From Chlamydiia bacterium (GTDB lineage: Bacteria; Chlamydiota; Chlamydiia; Chlamydiales; RGXB01), in NCBI GenBank assembly GCA_040382515.1, contig JBEIFH010000001.1, positions 21,915-85,914 of the forward strand: a DNA stretch of 64,000 bases. The letters are read 5' to 3'. Positions 57,536 to 64,000 of the stretch are shown in pieces (the stretch's first letter is position 1; each line of letters begins with the position of its first letter). The position numbers and the translations under genes are program-made. The notes below the pieces were generated by a model, which worked only from the letters and a program-made list of their open reading frames with translations, did no database searches and was not told the origin of the DNA.

Positions 57536-58446
57536 TGGAACAAGATCCCTTTGATGCAGAACCGGTTTTCAAAAGGAAGATTCCTAACGATTACAGATTA
57601 CGTTTGAAAATCTCCGATTCTAGATTTACAACCGACGCAATCGTTCAAAAATTTGGATTGAATACGGTTTGTGAGGAGGCAAAATGCCCCAATCGCCATT
57701 TTTGCTACTCTCAAAAAACGGCAACCTTTCTGACTTTAGGAAAAGAGTGCACCCGAAATTGCGGCTTCTGCGATATCGATTTCTCTAAAAACCCAAAACC
57801 GCTCGACCCTGAGGAGCCGTTTAAAATAGCAGCTTCCGTCCAAGAACTTGGACTCAAGCATGTCGTCATCACCCAAGTTGCACGCGATGACCTTGAGGAT
57901 GGAGGTGCAGAACAAATGGGAAAAATAGTCGCACAAATTCGATCCCTCAACCCTCAAACATCGGTCGAGCTACTCACCTCCGATTTTTTTGGAAACAACG
58001 ACGCCCTAGAATCTATTTTTTCTCTCAAACCTGACGTTTTTAACTATAATATTGAAACTACAAAGCGCCTCACCCCAAAAGTACGCCACAAAGCGACTTA
58101 TGAACGTACCTTATCTATTTTAAAAAAAGCGCATGAAGCCGGATTGGTCACAAAGTCGGGTCTTATGGTTGGACTGGGCGAGACCCTTGAAGAGATCTTT
58201 GAAACACTTGAAGATCTAAAATCGGTCAATTGCACCATGGTGACTGTTGGACAATATTTACAAGCAGGGCTCACAAAACTTCGGGTAAAAAGGTTCTATT
58301 TAAAAGAAGAATTTGACCTTATCCGTAAAAAAGGTTTAGAAATAGGAATTCCAGAGGTGTATAGCGGCCCCTTTGTCCGGTCAAGTTATAACGCAAAAGA
58401 GTTTTTAGAACATGCAAGACAGACAACCTTTCACTTTAGCGATTGA
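57535..58446 (+). CDS. lipA: Lipoyl synthase
   Basis: CEEAKCPNRHFC auxiliary cluster and the radical-SAM motif CTRNCGFCDI. TAATG overlap with lpdA. Confidence 0.95.
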   Translation: MEQDPFDAEPVFKRKIPNDYRLRLKISDSRFTTDAIVQKFGLNTVCEEAKCPNRHFCYSQKTATFLTLGKECTRNCGFCDIDFSKNPKPLDPEEPFKIAASVQELGLKHVVITQVARDDLEDGGAEQMGKIVAQIRSLNPQTSVELLTSDFFGNNDALESIFSLKPDVFNYNIETTKRLTPKVRHKATYERTLSILKKAHEAGLVTKSGLMVGLGETLEEIFETLEDLKSVNCTMVTVGQYLQAGLTKLRVKRFYLKEEFDLIRKKGLEIGIPEVYSGPFVRSSYNAKEFLEHARQTTFHFSD

Positions 58447-58459
58447 TCTTGAGATCATC

Positions 58460-59290
58460 ATGATGGGATATGCCCATTTTGACGGCGATTTTTTAAAAAT
58501 GAAGGAAACATTGGATGCTAATCCCACCCACCCTCTCCACTCTTTCCCAAATGAGCGTTTAGAAGAGATTTTTTCTTTTATGGAGCGCTCCCCCCAGAAT
58601 CTGCTTGATACCCTCCCCCAAAAAGCCAAAGAGGCGGTGGACGAAGCAAAAAGATTTTCCAAAAAAATGGAACAAACGATCCAGGACCACCCCGATTCGA
58701 TAGAGGCAAAAGTGAATGAACTTATATTCTACGTCGGAGAAAATCCTTTTTTATTGATAGATGACCTTGTCATGGAAGGTTCCGAAGCGCTCCTTGAGCT
58801 TTTGAAGGTTTTGAAAAACACCCATCTTTACGACCCTTTGTACCCAGGATATGGAAGAAGCATTCCCCGTATCGCCGATGCCCTTCAGGGAATCCAGGAT
58901 AAAAAAGCGATCTCACCACTCTTTAATGCCCTGCTTGAACAAAATAGTCTCGCCGAAGATCCCCTTTTGGAAGCTCTCGTCTCGTTTGGTGAAGATGCAC
59001 AACATTTTCTTTTAAAAATTCTTGAAGAGCGCCCCTTTTCCTTAAGATCCTCGTATGCTGCCAAAGCTCTCCATTTTCTTAAATCTGCAGATGTAGGATT
59101 TGCGGCTATCGACCTGCTTTGCGATAAAGAGATCTATAAACATCCCGGTTTGATCCTCTATCTCATCGCTCTTTTAGACGCACTGCCGGATGTGGAGCGC
59201 CCCTCCTTGATTGGGCAGCTTTTGGAAGAGACCCATTTTTCGTCGACCCACCGAAAAGAAATAGAAAGCTTTCTATTGCATCAATCCTAA
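58460..59290 (+). CDS. Hypothetical alpha-helical protein (HEAT/ARM-repeat-like by eye)
   Basis: Long open frame after lipA with repeated leucine-rich helical segments (ALLELLKVLKN, PLFNALLEQN, DPLLEALVSFG). I prefer the internal ATG at 58460. Confidence 0.55.
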   Translation: MMGYAHFDGDFLKMKETLDANPTHPLHSFPNERLEEIFSFMERSPQNLLDTLPQKAKEAVDEAKRFSKKMEQTIQDHPDSIEAKVNELIFYVGENPFLLIDDLVMEGSEALLELLKVLKNTHLYDPLYPGYGRSIPRIADALQGIQDKKAISPLFNALLEQNSLAEDPLLEALVSFGEDAQHFLLKILEERPFSLRSSYAAKALHFLKSADVGFAAIDLLCDKEIYKHPGLILYLIALLDALPDVERPSLIGQLLEETHFSSTHRKEIESFLLHQS

Positions 59291-59353
59291 AAATTTGCAA
59301 CAGTTTTTATAGTTCCGTGTTGACAAATTTGTTCCATTCCATACAGTGAGGCA

Positions 59354-60583
59354 ATGGACCTCACCCTTATTATTCTTGCAGGCGGTAAAGGAGAAAGACT
59401 TAAACCTCTGACGCAACATGTCGCTAAACCGGCCGTCTCTTTTGCAGACATGCGAATTATTGACATCTCTTTATCCCATGCCATAAAGTCCCGACCAAAA
59501 GAGATCCTTATCATCACCCAATATCTTGCAGACACGATTGAAAACTACATTTATTCCCACTACCCGATCGATCCTAACGCAAATTACAATCTCAGCCTTT
59601 TAAGCCCTCAGGAGGATTCCAACGGGAAACTCCTTTTTTATAATGGGACTGCAGATGCCATTCGGAAAAATCTCTCCCATTTAGTCCGTGCTAAAACGAA
59701 ATATACGATGATCCTCTCTGGAGATCAGCTTTTCAATATGGACCTTTTTAAAGTTGTCGACTTGAGTGAAAAGCTCGATGCAGATCTAAGTATCTGCTGC
59801 CATCCGGTGACGAAAGAAGATGCCCCCCGTCTTGGGATTTTGAAGGTCAATGATTCTCATATCATCACAGATTTTCATGAGAAGCCACAAGATCCGAAAA
59901 CCCTAGATTCCCTTGCTTCGCTCTCTGGTGGCCGACCCTTTTTAGCCTCGATGGGTCTATATCTGTTCAAAACAGATGCCCTTATCAAACTTTTGACCTC
60001 AACTAAAGGGGACGATTTTGGAAAAGACCTCATCCCAAATTTGATCAAAAAAGGGGATGTAGGCGGATACATCTACGAACACTATTGGGAAGATATCGGA
60101 ACTGTAAAATCCTATTTCGAAGCCTGCCTCCTTCTTGCTACCGGCAAATCGGGACTACGATTTGACGACCCAAACCACCCTATCCTCGTGCCGCCCCATT
60201 TCACAGCTCCGGCACAATTTTATTCAGCCCATATTGAAGAATCGATGGTGTGCCAGGGGGCAAGAATCGGGGGGGGAACCTCCATCAAATCTTCCCTCTG
60301 CGGTCCAAAATCCTGGATTGGTAAAAATTGTAAAATCGAACGTTCGTTAATAGTTGGACATCAGCCCTACAACACATCAAAATTTGATACCTTCACAACA
60401 AAAATCCACGACAACTGCGTATTGAAAAATGCCCTTGTTGATGCGGAGACTATCCTTTATGAAGGGGTAAAGCTAGTAAATGAAAAACATCTCGCTCAAT
60501 ACGAAGATACCTATATCATCCTTGTTGACGGTATTATCGTCACGAAAAGAGGGACCCATATCCCTAAAAATTATCACTTTTAA
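59354..60583 (+). CDS. glgC: Glucose-1-phosphate adenylyltransferase
   Basis: IILAGGKGERLKPLTQHVAKPAVSF, FYNGTADAI, FHEKP, YWEDIGT, and a left-handed beta-helix C-terminal domain. Confidence 0.9.
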   Translation: MDLTLIILAGGKGERLKPLTQHVAKPAVSFADMRIIDISLSHAIKSRPKEILIITQYLADTIENYIYSHYPIDPNANYNLSLLSPQEDSNGKLLFYNGTADAIRKNLSHLVRAKTKYTMILSGDQLFNMDLFKVVDLSEKLDADLSICCHPVTKEDAPRLGILKVNDSHIITDFHEKPQDPKTLDSLASLSGGRPFLASMGLYLFKTDALIKLLTSTKGDDFGKDLIPNLIKKGDVGGYIYEHYWEDIGTVKSYFEACLLLATGKSGLRFDDPNHPILVPPHFTAPAQFYSAHIEESMVCQGARIGGGTSIKSSLCGPKSWIGKNCKIERSLIVGHQPYNTSKFDTFTTKIHDNCVLKNALVDAETILYEGVKLVNEKHLAQYEDTYIILVDGIIVTKRGTHIPKNYHF

Positions 60584-60827
60584 AACTATGGGCCGAGTTT
60601 TCCTTTTTGTTCGCCTCTTACCCTGGTTCAAAATTTTTAGCTGAACCTGTTAAAAAAAACGCACACCCTTTTTATAGACTTGCTTCGATAGAACAAATAG
60701 GCGATTATTGTTCAAATTTTTGGCAGGAATTTTCTTGAACGTATCTGTCATTACAGCCGGAAACTTTAAGAAAAGAATGGCCCAAAATAGACTTTTAATG
60801 ATCCAATGAAGCTTCGAAAGAGGTCGT

Positions 60828-61568
60828 ATGAATATCTTTGCAATCGCTGACCTGCACCTGGCTCTTGGGGTGCCAAAAAAAAGGATGGGCGATAAATGGC
60901 AAGTCTGGCTGAATCACGAACAAAAACTTTATGATAATTTCCATCGCGTTGTCGGTCCCGACGATTTAGTCCTAATCCCGGGCGATATTTCCTGGGCTAT
61001 GACGCTTGAGGAGGCTAAACCCGATTTTGAATTTTTAAATCAGCTTCCGGGGAAAAAAGTACTTCTGAAAGGAAATCATGACTATTGGTGGCCATCGGAT
61101 AAAAAGTTGACCGAATTTCTTGACCCCTCGATCACATTTATCAACAAAAATGCCCTCAAAATATTTGATGTATCGATCGGAGGGGCCCGATTATGGGATA
61201 ATAACGAGATCAATTCCGAATCTATTATAGACTTTGTTCCAGGTACAAAACCCGAGATTAAACCCTTGACCGAGTTAGATAATAAAACGTTTGCTACGGA
61301 ATGTGAGCGTCTTGAAAGTAGCTTAGAAAAAATGCCTGAAGGGAAATTGCGGATAGCCCTCACCCATTACCCTCCGATTGAGCCGACCATGGCCGGATCC
61401 AGGTTTTCCAACATGTTTGAGCGTTATGAGATCCAGCATGTTCTTTTCGGCCACATCCACAACGCAAAAAAAAACCCTCTATATGGAATCAAAAACAAAG
61501 TCCACTACCACCTGGTAGCTGCCGATTACCTCGACTTTTGCCCCAAACATATCGCCTTTTTGCCTTGA
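60828..61568 (+). CDS. Calcineurin-like metallophosphoesterase
   Basis: Motifs IADLHL, PGDISW, GNHDYWW, THYPP and GHIH in the canonical order. Confidence 0.85.
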   Translation: MNIFAIADLHLALGVPKKRMGDKWQVWLNHEQKLYDNFHRVVGPDDLVLIPGDISWAMTLEEAKPDFEFLNQLPGKKVLLKGNHDYWWPSDKKLTEFLDPSITFINKNALKIFDVSIGGARLWDNNEINSESIIDFVPGTKPEIKPLTELDNKTFATECERLESSLEKMPEGKLRIALTHYPPIEPTMAGSRFSNMFERYEIQHVLFGHIHNAKKNPLYGIKNKVHYHLVAADYLDFCPKHIAFLP

Positions 61569-61599
61569 TGGAGCACGCCCTTTGAGGGGTACCCTTATA

Positions 61600-61630
61600 A
61601 AAAAAAGGGCCTTTGAGGGCCCTTTTTTGC
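61600..61630. terminator. Bidirectional rho-independent terminator between convergent genes
   Basis: AAAAAAGGGCC-TTTGAG-GGCCCTTTTTT. A GC stem with an A-run on the left and a T-run on the right. Confidence 0.8.
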
Positions 61631-61659
61631 TTCGTATTTTAAATCGACTTCGTCCTTTT

Positions 61660-62625
61660 TTAGGCACGCTCCACGATTTTTTTGAAATGAGTACAACCTG
61701 CATCTTGTGGGTGGATGCGTCTCTTCTCATCAATCTGGGAGCGACTGTCAAGAATCTTTTTTATTTCGATGATCTCTCTTTGTCTGTCTTTGACCTCGAA
61801 AAACTCCTGAGCAATAGTCAGAAGTTCCACAAAATCGGCCTCGTCTTTTGAAATATCCACCGTATGGGAAAGCAGTTGGAAAAAGCGGTCGCTCTCCTCT
61901 TCTTTCAAAAGATGGAGTACCTCTAAAGAGAATTCAAAATCTTTTGTCTCACTTGCCGAATCGACAAGATTTTCAAGCCGGATTTCGTCATTCCCTTTAA
62001 GGTAGAATTCTAACAGTGAAAACCAGTAGGGCTTGGTGAGATAGTCAAAAAACAACTCTATAAATTCTTGCGCAAGGACCTCCTCGGAACGGTCTATGAG
62101 ATCCGCAATAAAATCATAAAGGAACCCCTCCAGGTCGTAGGCAAAATATCGGGATACTCTCTCAAGGATTTCGGCCGGATTTTTGACATTTGCAAGATTT
62201 TCTCTCAAAATATGATGCAATTGATGTAGATGGGTAACAATCTCGGACCAGTTTTTTCCTGAAGTCGCTTCATAGGTGTGGATGCAGCTATCCAAAAGAT
62301 CGGCAAAAACCGAGAGGCTCCCCTTATCAGAAGCTTTCCTTTTAAATAACTCAAAAAGAATCAGGTAAACGGCCTCCACTTTTTCGGGGGAGTCTGTTTC
62401 TAAGGTAACAGCTTCCAGAAAATCTTCGGGGGTTTCGATCTCTTCCAAATATTTATTTAGATTCTTCCCGGTGACCGGCACTCTCATTTCCTCTAAACGT
62501 TTAAAAAGATCCGCATCGGAAACATAAGAAAGGTCTTCAACCATCCACTTTTCATGGGGCGTGGACGGGTCCCAAACAACCTGGGCTTTTAAAAGGTTAT
62601 AGTGTGCTTTGATCTCTTTTTTCAT
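61660..62625 (-). CDS. Hypothetical acidic all-helical protein (321 aa)
   Basis: Long ORF with coding-like composition, flanked by a terminator. No recognisable motif. Confidence 0.6.
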   Translation of the reverse strand: MKKEIKAHYNLLKAQVVWDPSTPHEKWMVEDLSYVSDADLFKRLEEMRVPVTGKNLNKYLEEIETPEDFLEAVTLETDSPEKVEAVYLILFELFKRKASDKGSLSVFADLLDSCIHTYEATSGKNWSEIVTHLHQLHHILRENLANVKNPAEILERVSRYFAYDLEGFLYDFIADLIDRSEEVLAQEFIELFFDYLTKPYWFSLLEFYLKGNDEIRLENLVDSASETKDFEFSLEVLHLLKEEESDRFFQLLSHTVDISKDEADFVELLTIAQEFFEVKDRQREIIEIKKILDSRSQIDEKRRIHPQDAGCTHFKKIVERA

Positions 62626-62673
62626 TCTATCTTTTGGTTAATCTCTCAAGTAGGCTATGATATTAACGATTCA

Positions 62674-63060
62674 GTGAAAAAGATCAAACGAAAATCCTTC
62701 CTGCTAGTAGAAGTCCTGATAGCCTTTTTGCTCGTAGCCCTCCTCCTTTCCTCATTGGTGCAAGTACCAAGCTCTCTTTATAAATCATTGAAAATGAATC
62801 AAAAAAAACTCCATTTTTATCTGGAAAGAAAAATTTTTATCCACGATCTCATGCTCCATTTAGATCAAAAAAAAACCCTAAAAAATGGGGAGACCATTCA
62901 GTTAAATAAAAAAAATTTTAGCCTCAGAGAAGGGCATATTTTTTTCAACCTGGACCCCGAGGACACCTTTTGCAAGCTAAAAATTTTTTTACACCTGATA
63001 TCCGAAGATGGGGTTGAGGACGAAAGCGAAGCGACCTTGGTTGTTAAAACAAAAAAATAG
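62674..63060 (+). CDS. Small protein with a prepilin-type N-terminal signal (pseudopilin-like)
   Basis: VKKIKRKS|FLLVEVLIAFLLVALLL has a basic leader, Phe at +1, Glu at +5 and a hydrophobic helix. I chose the GTG start at 62674, because the track start at 62602 overlaps the divergent gene. Confidence 0.45.
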   Translation: MKKIKRKSFLLVEVLIAFLLVALLLSSLVQVPSSLYKSLKMNQKKLHFYLERKIFIHDLMLHLDQKKTLKNGETIQLNKKNFSLREGHIFFNLDPEDTFCKLKIFLHLISEDGVEDESEATLVVKTKK

Positions 63061-63195
63061 CCGGCTTAAAATCCACCCTAAAATTTTTGAAAAAACCGCT
63101 CAAGGTTTCTAGACCAACTTATTTGGATCTAAAGTGTAAGTTATTATCTCAAATAGCTTTGCAAATAAGCCCACTATTGATCTATGTAAGACATT

Positions 63196-64000
63196 ATGGA
63201 AGAACCTACATTTAAACCTTACATAAGTCCTGAACGGTCTACAAAAGAATTCACCCTGCGCGCGACAATACTTGGTGTCATTCTGGGATTTATTTTTGCG
63301 GTCGGAAACGCTTATTTAGGCCTTAAGATTGGTATGACCATATCGGCCTCGATCCCCGCAGCCGTTTTTTCCATGACCATCATGAAGCTTTTTTTTAAAG
63401 ATGGGTTTATTTTAGAACACAATCTGGTGCAAACTATGGCCTCGGTTGGTGAGGCCGTCGCCGCCAGCGTGATCTTTGTTTTCCCCGCCTTTTTCTTTTT
63501 AGGGCTTACAATATCCTCGTTTGAAATCTTCCTTTTAATACTGATAGGAGGGATCACAGGTATCCTCTTCATGATTCCCATGAGACGTTACATTATCGTC
63601 AAAGAGCACGGTAAGCTCTCTTTTCCGGAAGGGACTGCCTGTGCACAAATCCTGCGGGCGGGAGAAGAAAAAGAACATGATGGGGCCCTTTTGGCGGGAG
63701 CCGGTATTGCTATCGGGGCAATTTTCAAATTTTTTGTTTCCGGCATTCGGCTATTTCAGGAAAACATCAGGTTCGAGATTTTCAAACCAAACGGCCTACT
63801 CTCTTTTGAGGCGACCCCCTCACTGGTTGGTGTCGGGTATATCATCGGGCCGCGGATTGCCGGTTTTATGTTTGCAGGCGGGTTGATGGGTTGGTGGATC
63901 TTGATCCCCCTTATCACCACATTCGGCGGTAATAAGATCATCTACCCGGCGGACGTTGGGGTGAACATGTTAGGTCCGGAAGGGATTTGGAGTAATTATA
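63196..64000 (+). CDS. OPT-superfamily oligopeptide transporter, 5' part (runs off the right edge)
   Basis: Absent from the ORF track because there is no stop in the window. My own translation from ATG 63196 gives MEEPTFKPYISPERSTKEFTLRATILGVILGFIFAVGNAYLGLKIGMTISASIPAAV...FPEGTACAQIL...VGVGYIIGPRIA, which is typical of bacterial OPT proteins. Confidence 0.8.
   Translation, partial: MEEPTFKPYISPERSTKEFTLRATILGVILGFIFAVGNAYLGLKIGMTISASIPAAVFSMTIMKLFFKDGFILEHNLVQTMASVGEAVAASVIFVFPAFFFLGLTISSFEIFLLILIGGITGILFMIPMRRYIIVKEHGKLSFPEGTACAQILRAGEEKEHDGALLAGAGIAIGAIFKFFVSGIRLFQENIRFEIFKPNGLLSFEATPSLVGVGYIIGPRIAGFMFAGGLMGWWILIPLITTFGGNKIIYPADVGVNMLGPEGIWSNY

Noticed and set aside
17336-62673. N-terminal extensions suggested by the longest-ORF track starts (17336, 23863, 30545, 34626, 47662, 51221, 58412, 62602 and others)
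   Set aside because: Internal start codons give canonical N-termini or signal peptides (for example MKRFCL...LGC, MKKSFFV, MIEYIEGKL, MVFDLLKRIFG). They also remove overlaps with upstream genes.

Overview
This is a gene-dense chromosomal window, mostly housekeeping genes. I infer it comes from a Chlamydia-related bacterium (phylum Chlamydiae) probably outside Chlamydiaceae. The evidence is a chlamydial-type T3SS block (sctJ, a K-slot ORF, sctL-R-S-T), a roughly 1050-aa PBP2, rodA with no fts genes nearby, three tandem MOMP-like barrel genes, and gene neighbourhoods I recall from C. trachomatis (nifU/nifS-like, gpmA, pseudouridine synthase, birA, rodA; gpsA next to a UDP-sugar pyrophosphorylase-like gene; mcsA/mcsB). 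I cannot name the genus.

From left to right the window contains:
- tRNA-Phe, tail-specific protease, rpsL-rpsG-fusA-rpsJ
- a rodA operon with two coupled unknown genes, then birA
- a degenerate NifU/NifS-like pair, gpmA, a pseudouridine synthase
- DUF47-PiT, glgP, an orphan solute-binding lipoprotein
- the T3SS block and three MOMP-like OMP paralogs
- sufBCDS, kdsB, mcsA plus a short mcsB-like gene
- an IspD-SDR fusion, tRNA-Glu/Lys, rpsB-tsf-pyrH-frr, tRNA-Gly
- pbp2, nnr, gpsA, an EamA transporter, a flotillin, a PP2C-like gene
- ruvCA, mnmE, nth, psd, secA
- a small AT-richer patch with a GNAT gene and a zinc-ribbon membrane gene
- lpdA-lipA, glgC, a metallophosphoesterase, a pseudopilin-like ORF
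- a partial OPT transporter missing from the ORF track

I found no CRISPR array, transposase, integrase, phage genes or recognisable defence system, and I cannot point to one clear-cut novel system. The candidates most worth follow-up:
- the Bcs1-like IspD-SDR fusion
- the two genes translationally coupled to rodA
- three apparently catalytically degenerate enzyme homologs (NifS/NifU-like, short McsB-like, PP2C-like)
- an nth stop codon at the position of the fourth Fe-S cysteine
- a tandem duplication of the psd 3' end

All family assignments come from motifs read by eye in the supplied translations. No database search was run.
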